Position numbers and translations under genes: made by a program
Source of the DNA: Salisapilia sapeloensis CBS 127946
Lineage: Eukaryota > Protista > Oomycota
Direction of reading: 5' to 3'
Assembly: GCA_023334545.1 (NCBI GenBank)
Contig: JAADVB010000055.1
Span: 1 to 64,000 of the forward strand
DNA: 64,000 nt
Notes under the pieces: generated by a model
What the model was told of the DNA's origin: nothing
The model's database searches: none
Seen by the model: only the letters and a program-made list of their open reading frames with translations
Shown here: piece after piece, positions 20,341 to 33,160 of the stretch
Layout of the letters: every line of letters starts with the position of its first letter
Numbering within the stretch: the first letter of the stretch is position 1

Positions 20341-21202
20341 AAGTCCTTCTCTGGCGTCCATTACCTCGAAGACCCAGTCACTGCTTCAAGTTATTTTGAC
20401 TAGAATGGAGAAAAGGTCAGGCACATCGCTGATCCGCAGCTATAAATGCAAAGATCAGTTCTCGCTGAATCTGATCATTTTGTAAGTAGGACTTCATCCA
20501 CGCGCAATCCAACTATCTTGCGAACAAACGTTGCTGATGTACCCTACTGAAACGCTATTTTGCTGAAACCATGATCCCAGACCAGCAATGAAACTGCCAC
20601 ATCGCTACAATGAGATTGCCAATAGTAGAGCGGCATGCAGCAGAAAGAAAGAGAGAAAGAGAGAAAATATTTTATATCTGATGAACAAGGATCGAATATA
20701 CGACACAAACCACACATATTTGAAGTCTGGCTGAAGATGTATTGCTTACGGAAATGTCAAGTCGAAGCATCGTGGCAATGCAGTCTTTGCGCATTACTCG
20801 CAGTGCGAATAGTGACGCAAATTCTTCTTCCTTATGCGAAAAACTGCATATAAACGTAGACATTGCTGCAAGAGTGGTGGGATATGCATGGAAAATTTCG
20901 ATGCTTTCCAGCCAGCGTGAAGGTTTGCATGAAAAACTTGACAGAGAATCAGTGCCACCTGTGCCTTCAAATGTGACTTCGGTCTACCTTGGTGTAGGGA
21001 AGCTTCATGGAAACCAGAAGGCAGTCATCGTCAAAATCGGGTGGCACGACTTGGCACTTCGTCCGGTTTTCTACCAATCACAGACGATATGTCGGTTTTA
21101 GCGCCTATCATGGCCAAGTACCCTATATGCTGCATAAGAAAATCCAAAGTAATGGACTCGATTCGTACTACAGTTCGCAAGTAGAGCAATCGGAGTAACG
21201 CG

Positions 21203-22360
21203 ATGCAGGAAACAGGAAATTCGAGCTCGCCGAAAGAGACATGGCAGCAAGTGACCGAGATGGAGATGGAGTCCGCGATGGCGCTTCGGATACAGTGCTG
21301 CTGGCGACAATACCTGGCTGTCGTCCAGCTGCGTATCCTTCGTTTTAACCGAGGCATGGCGCGGCAGCAGAAACCCAACTCGGGCTTACGGTGCTCCTCC
21401 TCCAGTATTGACAGCAACGAAGGAGCCAGTTTCGTGGACATGTCTCGCGATAGTTTCGTCGACAGGCGAGCCGATAACGACACAGCCTTGTCGTTCGAAT
21501 CGTTCACCGGCTTCCGACTCAGCAACGCCTCAGACAGCTACATCTCAGACTCCAACACTTGTTGCGACGAGGAGCAGTCAACGTCAGGTCAATCGATGCC
21601 GCCAACTCCGACACCTATTAACTGTGGTAGTCCAAGGTCCTTCGACTCTGGCACTCCGAAATCATTCGACTCTGGCACGCCAAGATCATTTGATTCTGGT
21701 ACTCCGAAGGAAGACAATTGTCCCGAACCTCCCTTGTACTTTGGGGATACAGCGTACATGTATGACGAGTACGACTTTATGGATGGTTCAAGTAGCCGAA
21801 GAGGTTCACCGAGTGATTTTGGGGATGACCACGAGTCACATGGTGCAGACCAGCGACGGAAGTCTAAAAGCTTGTGGTCTCGCGCTAATTCCCTCAAGCG
21901 CCTCAAGCCAAAAGCCTTGGGCAGAAAGTCGAGCAGCTTCAGAACTGCGAGCTCGACCGACTCGTCTCCAATGGACAACATTGAAGAAACTCCGAAAAGC
22001 CGAAGCAGAGGCATGGGCTCTTTAGGCAAGGCTGCTACGAATGCTGGAGCAGTTATAGCAAAGAAAGCTTCTGCTGGTCGACGTCGGTTTACGATTGCTC
22101 GACAGAACACCGCCGGACTCTCGGCCCCCGTCACAAGTACGGATGAAGAGGACTCCCCAACTGGGAGAATTGATCGATCGGTCTCTACTGCTTCTTATAA
22201 AAGCAAAAGCAAAAGCACACGTCTTGGCAAGCTAAAGAGCGTGGCTGCCAAGGCAAAAATGCCGAAGCGATTTAGTAAGCGTTCTGATTCCAAGTGTAGC
22301 ACGGTGGTGGACACAGAGACCGAGCAGCCATATCTGGTTGAAGCACAAGAGTCGGAATAA
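21203..22360 (+). CDS. IQ-motif-containing, Ser/basic-rich disordered protein
   Basis: 385-aa ORF. ALRIQCCWRQYLAVVQLRIL fits IQxxWRxxxxR; the rest is low complexity. Confidence 0.7.
   Translation: MQETGNSSSPKETWQQVTEMEMESAMALRIQCCWRQYLAVVQLRILRFNRGMARQQKPNSGLRCSSSSIDSNEGASFVDMSRDSFVDRRADNDTALSFESFTGFRLSNASDSYISDSNTCCDEEQSTSGQSMPPTPTPINCGSPRSFDSGTPKSFDSGTPRSFDSGTPKEDNCPEPPLYFGDTAYMYDEYDFMDGSSSRRGSPSDFGDDHESHGADQRRKSKSLWSRANSLKRLKPKALGRKSSSFRTASSTDSSPMDNIEETPKSRSRGMGSLGKAATNAGAVIAKKASAGRRRFTIARQNTAGLSAPVTSTDEEDSPTGRIDRSVSTASYKSKSKSTRLGKLKSVAAKAKMPKRFSKRSDSKCSTVVDTETEQPYLVEAQESE
21632..21709 (+). repeat. Coding tandem repeat, 24-nt unit x3.25 (P[RK]SFDSGT)
   Basis: ccaaggtccttcgactctggcact / ccgaaatcattcgactctggcacg / ccaagatcatttgattctggtact / ccgaag. 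Confidence 0.9.
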
Positions 22361-22986
22361 AAGCCGTGGTCGTTGGACATGTAGATGTAAACCAATATGC
22401 AATTTTGTTGAACCTAATAAACAACACAAACTGAGTTTTGTATCATGCTGAAAGCGTTAACTTGATGTTCGTTGTATCATGATTTTGCCATGCAAGTTGT
22501 AACTTCACCTCGGTGCATACTTATAAGTCGTACTTTGGTTCTATTGTGCAAAGATGATCTAGTCCAGTAGCTCTTCTTAAGGTGGCGAAGAAGTGATTTT
22601 AGTTGAGCATTCCATATCAAAAATGGAAGTCGGAAAACATGGAACTTTGAGTTTCTGTATATACCATGAATATTGAAATCTGTAAACTCGCTTGGGAACG
22701 ATATAGCTCGGATTTGGCAAATATCATCTAAGTATGAGAACTGTATTTGGACAGTATCTACATTAACTTTTGCTAATGAGGTGATTCTCGAGCTTTAATA
22801 GAGCGTACCTTACAGTCAAGTCCAATTAAAGTGATTTGCCACGATCTGAGCTCAATAAATTCTTGCGCAACAGTCTTCAAGCTGTAGAAAGTGTGAAAAT
22901 ATTCACGCAGAAGTCCGAACTAAATGATGATAACTTTGTAGAAATTGATATTTCGACGGCTTATTACGCTTACCAGAACTCCTCCT

Positions 22987-25900
22987 CTAGCAAGCAGCTT
23001 GTTGCATGGTCAGCAGGAACAGGACTGCTGCTAGCTGTCCACTGTTATTGAAATCCCCAGATGGAGATAAAAGCATAGCATCCGCATCAAGTTTTTCAAA
23101 TCCGATCGATGTGTTCACTGTCGATGTTAGCGAACTGCGCTTTGGGGGTGGCAATGTCTTCGTAGCAGAAGCATGCGCGTTGGTATCGATTGTGTGACGA
23201 CGAGCGACTGATACTTGACTTTGGAATCGGTAGTTCACAAGCTCTTCTTGCGTCGCTTCCAATAGCTTATCCAGATATTCCGTTGCATCCTTGTTCATCA
23301 GCTGATGCACCACCAAGCCCAGTAGCTGGCTCTCCAACGATAAATCTCCTTGCTCTCTGGGTCGCTTCGTTGGGCTTGCATTCCGATTGGAAGGAGAATC
23401 CAATTGGTACATCATCGTACCCTCTTTGCAAAGTCTTGAGAACCGAAGATTAAAAGAGGCGAACGTACTCTGTGTACTTTCGATAACCTATCATAACAAA
23501 ATATAATTAGTACTATTAGACGTTGTGAAAGTTGACAATTGCGTACATCTTGCTTGTCTTTTTCGAGCTGAGCTAAATAGATCTGTAGCATGGACTGCGT
23601 GACGCTACTTAGTTGCTGCAAGGAGTCAGTATCATCTTCTCGGTTACGAAGAACGTTGGTTGCTGCTTTATAAAATTCTATCGCTCGGTACGGATCATCC
23701 AGCTCCATGGCCAGCTTGGCAATGTCCAAGTAGGATTGTAGGATGTCATTGTGGGTGTACCGTAGTACGTCCTTTCGAATTGCAAGTGCCCTCAGTGCAA
23801 CAGTGTAAGCGGAGCTCTTCTGACCACTTTGTTGGTAAACATTGCTGACAGCAACAAGGCAGTTCGCCGCTTTGGTTTTACACGCTTGGACGCTTTCCTC
23901 GTCATGACACTCTTTCGTCGCCAGTGTCTCGTACAAATCCACCGCTTCTTCTAGCACTGCAATCGATTCGGCACTCGCCTTCGCTTCGACTAATAGCATT
24001 CCCTGAATCCGCCTCATATCCGCAAAGTACAAGTTGTTTTTGCTGTAGCACTCTCTCGCGAGCGACACACAGTTATTTAATGACTTCAGTGCACCAGATA
24101 CGTCGCCGTCGTGATACAAGATATCGACCATCCTCAAATATGTTTCCAACAGGAGAGGATGGCTTTTACCCAAATGCCAGTTTGCTGCAGACACTGCTTT
24201 GGCATACTGCTCCTTCGATCTATTAATGTCACCTTTTGAATGCTCCAAACGCATCGACATTGTCAGTGGAAGTACTCGCTCGGCGTTATTGAGTGGCGAG
24301 TCATCGATTGCAAGTTTCAAGAAGTGAGTCGTTTGATCTATCAGACCCAATTGCTGACTCAAGTCTGCAGCAGAGGTTAGAAGAGAGCAGATAGATGCTG
24401 TGCGTTCATCACGAGGAGATGTGTCTGCAATCGCAAGCTGAAATTTGACACACGCAAGTGCCATGTCGAGATTGCCTTCAGTTTTCATTGAAGGGATCGA
24501 CGCAATCTTTCTTTCGCACGCTGCGCTCGTGCGTAATGGCATCGTCGTGATTGGAATGATACCTTTGAGGACATTTGGGTCAACGGGAAGTTTAGAATTA
24601 AAATCAAAGCTGGTCACGTCACGAAGCTTGATGCCAAGGTGATACTGCAATGCGAGTAATAATTGCGGAGGGTGTATTAATTCCCCTCTTTCGATGATCT
24701 CCATTGTCAAAGAGTTTGGTTGTAGGCTGAACTTGCCCGTTGTATGAGGCAACAGACGAGTGCTCCACAATTGCTTGCTATCCTTTGTCTGCATCGCCAT
24801 AACTTTGTTAAGAAAAGAAACGGTAGACTTCTTGACCTCTTTCTGCAAATCTGACGCGCGCCATCGACGTTTATTTTCCTCGATAGCATGCTTCTTTAAA
24901 ATGAGAGAGCGAAGTACGCGACGATACTCCACCTTGCACACTCTCGCCAGCATCTCCGTTGCCAAAAGTCTACGCGCATGCTTCAACTTTGCCGTCTCAA
25001 AGCATCGTCCAAGATGGCGAGCATTTACACCCTCGTTGTGAAGTAAATTTACGAGGGCTTTTGTATCAAACAAAGGAGTCGGTGTGTGCGCTTCCAAATG
25101 AGCGATAACGTTTGGTATGGCAACCTGGTGAAGATAGTCACTACTGCTTTTCACATTGGTTTCCTCGTCGGAAGCTAATGACGTACCAAATCGAGTAACC
25201 AGCTCCAGGCGTTGCCTCCAGATACGAGGGTCTTGACCGGACGAGTCATCCTCATGTGCTAAAGAAGACCAATCAGGAGGGGCAATATCTCCGACATTCT
25301 GAATTGCAATTTCATCATAGTCTGGTGAAAACCCGATCGTAGCAGGAGTGCTAAGCTCGGAAACGGAATCATCGCTTTTGCTAGGAATAGCAACCGTGCC
25401 AATTTCTTTAAGGACATAAGCTAGTTGTCTCTCAGTGTCTCCTTTGCGTCGAGAACGTTGGGGGGTAGGAAGTTCTTGGCGAGCACTGCGAATTTGCTGT
25501 GTTGGAAAGCCAAATACGAAGGCCCGGAATCCAAGGTAGTCTACACAGCATTGGAGTGGAACGTAAAGGTTTGTATCCTTGCTCTGGATAGTCTCGTGAA
25601 GCCACTTGACCGCTCGCATCTCATTACCGAGTAACTTCCGAAGTGCTTCACCAACGGAAGTATGAGGCTCATAGAGTATGTAAGCGGTTAGACCGTTATT
25701 CACGAACTTCTGGAGGTGCTTGTGAAGAACCTGAATGCGAGGCATGTCGTCGGTTGCAAGGAACTGGTCGTTAGACATATCGAGAGGAATTAAACGTTTC
25801 ATGTTTCCATCCGCAACCATTTCCTCCACGATCTGGGTCACAAGTTGTTCTGCAGACTCTCGAAAGGATGACAAGATGGCCGAAACAGAGATGCCATGGG

Positions 25901-26875
25901 TCAGCGTCGACTCCAGTTCTCCATCACTTGATATACGTAATGTAGCTCGCAGCTTTTGGCAGGTGTTCAGGGGTCTATCAAGTGTAGACAACGCACTAGA
26001 CGATGCAGAAGGCCGACTGCGTGTGCTAGTGTAAGAAGATGTATCCTGCTGATTTTGAGGCTGCGAAATCACGGACTCTTTCGATTCATAAGACGGTTTC
26101 CTGAATGAGCGTCGAGGGAGGCACATCGATCGCGTGCTCTCGGGCCTACGCAAAGCTTCAAATTGATTTTCTTGAGACTCATATACTAGCTTTAGTGATT
26201 CCAGAAAACGTTCGCGCTGGATTTTGCCTGTTGTTCTATCCTGGACACGCTGCGAAAACTCTGTCGGATCGCCTTCATAGCGAATGGACTTGAGAAGCTC
26301 TTCCAAATGACTCGGCTCCGCCTGGTTCGTTTGGCTGTGCGCAATGTCATTAAAAGCCTTGTTTGCTGCACGAAGCTTGCCTGCGATACCAGGATTAACG
26401 TGAAATGTTTTGTCTTTCGTCATCTGTAATCGCTCTTCGAAAGCTTGTTTCCATTCTAGCTGTTCTTTGTCTGATGCGCAAGCGAACGAGGTCGTTTTCG
26501 TCGGTCTTCCGGTCGACCGATCTGTCGAAATGAGCTGAATGATAAATCGGCCATCGACTTTTTTCGGCTCAGCCGAAACAAGGTTGTACTCGGCGAGCTC
26601 CAGAGTGTCCTGCTGACGAAGTGTCGGCGTCAGAGTGAAGCGGGATTGATCGGACGCCATTGGGAAGTACTTAAGTATGGTCCCATCGAGATGCACCCAC
26701 TTCTCTTTCCATCGAGGACCCAAGAAGGTCGACGAGAGCTACGCATTGTAATCAATACGTGAGCGCATGAGATAAATGGTATTTAAATGGATGGTGTATA
26801 GCTACCTTGTAAAGCTTCCCCGACTTTGGTTCTGCTGTCATGGGTAGAAAGGGCAAATGATGGGAGGCTGCAAGC
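22987..26875 (-). CDS. PH domain + Clu (CLUH/eIF3-p135-like) central domain + TPR repeats (spliced; 5' end approximate)
   Basis: Spliced KVGKLYK|LSSTFLGPRWKEKWVHLDG..SFACASDKEQLEWKQAF (PH). PLQCCVDYLGFRAFVF, LHNEGVNARHLG and TEMLARVCK are Clu motifs; LGKSHPLLLETY and HNDILQSYLDIA are TPR. An intron near 23560-23500 joins ORF 23412-26723 to ORF 22987-23415. Confidence 0.75.
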
Positions 26876-27267
26876 AAAGAGTGGTTTCTGACGAAAGGTG
26901 TTTCAAGTTAGGAGCGCTCAAATCCATTTCGGACCTTGAAACGGTTTCCACGTCTATGGTAACTCAATAGTGCACTCTTGTCTAAACTCACACATAGAAG
27001 ATAATCATAGACTCGATCCTCCATATCACCAGTTAATATACTCTTCTGCAGGTTGTGTAGGGTAGAAATCTAAAGTACATCTTAGCTCCATGATGACAGT
27101 CACAAAAGCCGAGTACGTTTACTATTTCATGGTAACCTACGCTAATTCATATACTTTAGTAAACTTATATGCTTATGATTGGTGTAAATAGACGGATATT
27201 AGTGCACAGCGTAAATCGTATCTAGAGCGGATCGCCACCTTGACAAAGGAAAAATCTCTTGCGCAGG

Positions 27268-30200
27268 ATGACCAAGGACAACGCGGCGCCCAAGGCCTGG
27301 GCCAGGCTCAAACTAGTCTCCACTTCTGACCATAAGGCCCAGGACGACATCTACCTCCAGTATGGTCTGAATTCAATTGGCAGACGCGAAGGTTTCTGCG
27401 ACTACGCCATCCGTCAGCCGATCATCAGTCAAATCGTACGTCCCTTTGCCACACAATCGTCGGTTTGATACAAAGTTTAATGTGCATTCGTCCAGCATTG
27501 CATGGTGAAGCTGGCTGGCTTGGACGAAGCTAAGAATCCGACTGTCTTTCTGCAAGACCGAAGGTAGATGGTCCATTAACTGTAATTTGTCCATACGCTT
27601 GTGTACTGAGATTGCTTGGTGTAGTCGCCACGGTGTCTACGTGAACGAAGAGCTCGTTGGTAAAGGCAAGACTGTCAAATTGCGGCCTAATATCACCGTC
27701 CACTTTACCAAGCCAGGCGTCCGCGTGCCAAGTAAAGAGCTTGTGTTATCGAGTGTATCATTCATATTCTAAAATGCGTTTATCTGACACATAGACATTG
27801 GAGTACTTGCGTACAAGTTTGAGCTGATGTACGCACTCATATTTTAATACTATCCATGTGTTGACTGACAAGAGTACGATGCCCATGAATATAGACCAGA
27901 GGGATTTTCGCAGGAGAATAGACGTCTGCGCTCTATCGCGGATAAAGCTAGAAATGAACGTCGGAAGCAGACATCTGCAAAGCAGTCCAAGCCTCAAGAA
28001 AAAGCTCCAGCCTCTGCACCTCACGAGACACCATCTGAGGATACGACGGCGTCTGCGCCCCGAAAGGCTAAGGTGCCTCATACGTCGCCACCGAAACCTC
28101 CTCAGCCCAATCGTCCGCACTCGACTTCGGACACGACAAGCGCTATCTCAGCATCTAAGAGCAAGCCTACGTCTACTAAGAAGAAGACTAGTCCAGCTAA
28201 GGACGCCAACAAGCCTGCGCCAAAGTCATTTGTCACGGATATGATGTCTCGAAAGCGTAAGACGCCAGAAGACGATGAAATGGAGACGCAGGCTCCGGTG
28301 GAGAAGAGACGAAGTGGCGTCCAGCCAAGTACAGTGCCAGCGTCCGAGACGACCGAGGCAAAAGAGGCAACTGCAGCGTCGAATGTAAAAGCTGATAAGA
28401 CCGATGGGCAGGTGAAAAGGGATCTGGAGGTAGACTTGCAGCTGTCGCTGGAGAAAGAATCAGCACTCAAGGAGAAAGTCAAGTCTCTCGAGAACAAGAA
28501 CACGTCTTTAGAGGAACAGATTAAGGCGAACAAGGAGTGGATGAAGAGTCAGGAGAAGCAGATGCAGCTGCAGCGAGAGAGCACCATCGAGTTGGAAAGC
28601 CAAAGTCGGAGTCTGATGAACCGCATAACGGAGATGCAGAATGAGACGATGGAGTTGAGAGAAAAGCTGTCGCATTCGGAGGCTCGAGTGGAACGACTGG
28701 AGGCGGAGAACGCTGTAATCCGGGAAGAGAAGACTTCTGCGCGCTTGAAACGCTATGAGCTGGAGGACGAGGTACGTGTTATGATTGTTTTGCCTTTGTT
28801 TTATGTATGCAGAATGACTTAAAGGCTCCTAGCTATCGAACCTGTGTCTCAATGGGTGATTTGTATCTGTGTGATAGTTGGCGAGTTTGAAGGAGGAGCA
28901 CAAGAAGGAATGGGAGGAGTTGCTCGAGTTCGAAGAGGATGGGAGTCACTAGTACGTTTCATGTAGGAGCGGTTGTGGGTGATGTACTGATGTAATCGTA
29001 TCTTGTAGCAAGAAGAAGTTCTTGAAGGCAAAGCATGATGCAAAGGCAATGCAGAAGCACGTGAACGAACTGCAAGGTCACTTTGACGCGATGGTGAAAC
29101 GTCTGCAGGCAATGGATGACGAGGTCTACTCTTCTAGTGAGGACGGTGGCAGTGTGATCGATGACGTGGACGATGCGATGCTCGAGTCGGAAGCTACTCT
29201 GGAGAATAAGACGTATTTGCTAATGGCCCCTGCTGAAGACAAGAACGAAGGAGAGGACACTAGTAAGCAGAGCATGTCCCGGGGGAAAGATACCTCTATT
29301 GTCATGGGAAAAGAAGAGAAGGATATGAACGCCAAGAGTAAGAGTGTGGTGAAAGATGAAGGCATGTCGTCTGGGGTGGAGCGAGGCGACACGACAGAGT
29401 GGGATAGCTCAAGCGACTTGAAGAGCAGTGCTGATGTAGACGGTGTGACTGAGTCAAAGGATGAGTCTGCGATGGAGCAAGAGTATTCTGATGAGCAGAT
29501 AAAGTCTATAAATGAAGAAGTAGAATCTGATGAACCAAAGACGATGACTGCAGTTAAGGAGGATTCAAAGGATGCAAAGGATGCAAAAGATTTAAACGAT
29601 GAGAGCTCGAATGATGCTTTAGAGATCACTGATGACACCACTGCTCAAGAGACTCCGACTGGCACCACAGCTGAAGAAAAAGCGGTTATCACTAAGACTA
29701 CTAAAACGCAGGCTGTCGCTACGAATGCCGTTGCGGAGGTGGACATGGAAACAGAAAATGAGAAGGTGACAGAGGAACATGCAGCAACTGATGCACCAGC
29801 GAATGCTCCGGCGGACGAGAAGGATCGTCCGACTGCTTCTCATGAGTCAACGGACGATGTGGACATGGCAGATGCTAGCTCCGCAAGTGAGAAAGCTACA
29901 GCACCTATGACTTCTGATGCTGCTGAGACGACGGCTCAGATAGACTACGATGGAACGCAGGTATCTCCTCAGAAGGATCTGATCGAGATCGATAACTCGT
30001 CCGATGAAGAAGCCTCTCAAAGCGATAACACCAAGGTCGCTGTCTCAATTATAAAGCAGGAGGAGACTCCTGCTGAGGACACAAAGGAGTCGGACGCTAG
30101 TAAATCGTTGCCACATGACCATAACCAATGTTTGAGCATCGACCTGACGATGGAAGAAAGCGAAAAGGAAAGGCAGGATGAGAATACGCCTCCGACAACG

Positions 30201-30323
30201 GAGAAGAGCTCTCTGAAAAGTAGTGGTGAGAGAAAAGCTAGTGCAGACGTGGGCGAAAGTCACTGCCGTAGTGAACAGACTGCACTCGAAAGTGATGACT
30301 CGGAAAATAGCAGAATGGTCTAG
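27268..30323 (+). CDS. FHA-domain protein with coiled coil and acidic disordered tail (spliced)
   Basis: FHA motifs across exons: SIGRREGFCDYAI, HCMVKL, QDR|SRHGVYVNEELVGKG. Heptad-rich segment at 28430-28770, then an acidic low-complexity region. Confidence 0.7.
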
Positions 30324-30355
30324 TAACCCAATAGCTTATAATTTTTTTGCTGAAA

Positions 30356-31089
30356 CTAGTTTCGTTTAAAAGCTACAAAGTGCGGGTCTTCGTATGGATG
30401 TGCGTCGACTCGACTGTACCCTTCAAAGGCTACCATGTCCATCTTGAGCTGAGCGAATGCTTGGCGCTGAATTCGTACGTCGAACGGCAGATAGCTGCTC
30501 CACTATGTTAGGCGGTTATAGGGAAAGAAGGAGTAGTATCGGAAGTACATGAGCTCCAGCGATGATATGGACCGAAATGCATGCTCGTTGACGATGGAGA
30601 TGGGATTCAAGTCGAGTCGACTAGAAAATCACGTACGTGGTGATATGAGGTTGGAGATGGACAGTGATTTGAAGAAGGCTTACATGACTTTAAGGTCGGT
30701 GAGTGGAGTCTTGTCGGTGGAGAAGGATCCGTCTGGAAATCGCTCGTGACCATAGAACATCGACGGGATGACTTTAGTGAATTTGTTCCCCATCAAGTAG
30801 CTAGATGAGTTAATGATGAGACCGGAGAGATGCCGTTATAATGAAAGCAATAAATGTACAGGTGTGTCGTTTCTATAGGAATATTGTCTGGCATGACCTA
30901 AATTGGAAAATGTCAGGATTAGAACGATTCAATTGAGCACATGATACCGACATTCAAGCCTTTAAAGTCACAATAGACAACCACACGAGTTCGACCACTG
31001 CAATAGCACTCAGTTGGGCATGCTGCAACTATATTTACAAAGCACATCCATGCTATGAAAGAAACTTTTGCATGCAAAGCGACGGACAT
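30356..31089 (-). CDS. Small secreted LRRNT + LRR protein, 167 aa, 5 exons
   Basis: Exons 31089-30952, 30897-30860, 30800-30684, 30620-30549 and 30494-30356 (504 nt, GT-AG introns of 54-63 nt). Product: hydrophobic leader, then CPTECYCSGRTRVVVYCDFKGLNVMPDNIPIETTHLYLMGNKFTKVIPSMF..LTDLKVIRLDLNPISIVNEHAFRSISSLELIYL. Confidence 0.8.
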
Positions 31090-31191
31090 CCTGCCTAGAC
31101 CGTCTGCGACCTTCAAAGATACCAATGACGTAAAGATAGCAACAACACCTGTCGCTATAGTTTTACACATCGAAACAAGAAAGCGAATAGA

Positions 31192-32141
31192 ATGACTACA
31201 GCCCATCGTCCGACCTGGCATGCCGCCGTGGGCCAAGAGAACGAAGGTGGATGGCAGTCCGGAGGTAAAGTACACTTGTATACACATGAGAACGTTTTAG
31301 TGCTTCTAGACAGCCTTTCTCGGCACACTTTGCATGGAATCGTGGCTGACTCTGAACCATTTTTCGTTTTGTACAGGCCAAATCAGCCAACAGTTTTCTT
31401 CTCGAGACCTGCCAGCGCACAAGAAGCTCAAGTTCCGGTGAGTTATTATCTACCAGAAAAGCTTAAGTTCATGCGCTCATTCCATCTCTGTTTTATAATC
31501 GCGTATAGACAAGTGGGCCAAGGAACTGCGAATGAAGTGGAGCTTCGTGACTTACAGGCAGAACTGGAAGATAAAGAGGCCAAGGCTGAAGACGAGAAAC
31601 AGCAGGACAAAGAATCAGCTCAAGGTACCTCTTCTTTCTTCATCGTCGACTAAACGATCTTCTCATTTGTGTATTTCTAGTCGAGTTAAAGAGATTGGAA
31701 GAGAGTAAAAAGCTTTTACTTTTGGGCGATGCCGAAGCAGATGCAAGAGAGTCACAGCTGAAAAACGTCGCGAGTAAATACGATGACGCAGATATAGGAG
31801 ATAGTGACGCTTCGAGTGAATCGGAGAGCGACAGTGATGACGAGGATGAAGAAGCAGAGCTGATGCGCGAGCTCGAGAAGATCAAGAGGGAACGACAGGA
31901 AGAGAAGGAGAAAAAGGAGGAGGAAGAACGCAGACAGGCAGAGGAAAAGGCGAAAGCAGAGGTGTTGGAAGGGAATCCTCTTACACAGGCGCAGTCAAGT
32001 GCCAAGCTGAAACGTCGGTGGAACGACGACGTCGTGTTCAAAAACCAGTCGCGAGGAGAACCGGAGCTCAAGAAGCGGTTCGTAAACGATACCATTCGCA
32101 ACGACTTCCACCGCCGCTTCCTTAGCAAGTACATTCAGTAG
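31192..32141 (+). CDS. CWC15: Spliceosome-associated protein Cwc15/Cwf15 (spliced)
   Basis: N-terminal MTTAHRPTW, SRDLPAHKKLKF, and C-terminal KRRWNDDVVFKNQ..KKRFVNDTIRNDFHRRFLSKYI. Confidence 0.95.
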
Positions 32142-32186
32142 AAAAAGCCATTCATTTGCATCAAGTCGGTTGTGTTTCTCTGTATT

Positions 32187-32940
32187 TTAGCGGACACGAA
32201 CGACATCCCTTCCAACGTATTTGGTCGTAAATGTATCTCCTTCTGCATCAGGGATCTTGACGTACTCTCCGTCCTGTTGCATGCCAGTAGGAAGCTTGAA
32301 CATGCACGGTCCAATGGGCTTTCCATTTTCGAATCGACCGACGTACGATCCTCCGTCCTTAAAGCACCACTTGCCGTCTGAAAAGTCATGTTTAACCCAG
32401 TTTCCAACGAGTAGACTCTGGTCTCGGCCGTATTCGTATGTCCCTCGACCTTCGCGAAGACCTTGGACGAACGTGCCACTGAAGATGTCTCCGTTGGCAT
32501 AGTTCATGGAGCCTTCGCCATGCATGTTGTTATTTTGCCATTCGCCCTGGTACACGTCTCCATTGGCAAAAGTCATTTTACCAAGACCTTGCTTGATGCC
32601 ATCAACGTAGTTGCCTTCGTACGTCGCGACCACTTGCACTACATGACGAAAGGTGATGCACTGGATTAGAAAAAGGTTGTGGATGGATAGGTACATTCGC
32701 CATCTTCTGAACGCTCTTGCCATATGTATTTGCCTTGACCTTGCTTTAGCTTGTTGCTGTCGATCGTTCCTTCAAAGATGTCTCCATTTGCGTATGATAT
32801 CTTGACATCACCAGCTCGAGACAAGTAGCGTGTTTCTTCCGGACGATCATCCGTATACTCGACGAGGTATTCCTGTCCAATAAAATGAATTTGGGATTAT
32901 ATTTACATCATACATGAATATTTACCGCTTCTTCCGCCAT
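32187..32940 (-). CDS. MORN-repeat protein (radial spoke head RSPH1/RSP10-like), spliced
   Basis: Consecutive YxGx(F/W)xxGxxxGxG repeats (YEGNYVDGIKQGLG, YQGEWQNNNMHGEG, FSGTFVQGLREGRG). First exon MAEEA at 32940. Confidence 0.8.
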
Positions 32941-33160
32941 TAATAAGTGTCTAGTAGCCTCGTAGTGATGTGCAGTCCAACAAAACTCCAAATCGCGCTT
33001 GCAACCGTTCAAGATCTCCTGATAATTTTGAAACGACGGTGTACCACACTTGTACTTTTTACTTAACACCAATCAAAGCTGAAAAAATATTAATACTCGT
33101 TCATTATTGGCCGAAAATCGTTTGGAGAGTATCGAACAAAACAACACGACCGAGACCAAG

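Noticed and set aside
20742-21198. Plus-strand ORFs 20742-21101 and 21007-21198 as a gene or 5' exons of the IQ protein
   Set aside because: No recognisable domain and no convincing splice chain.
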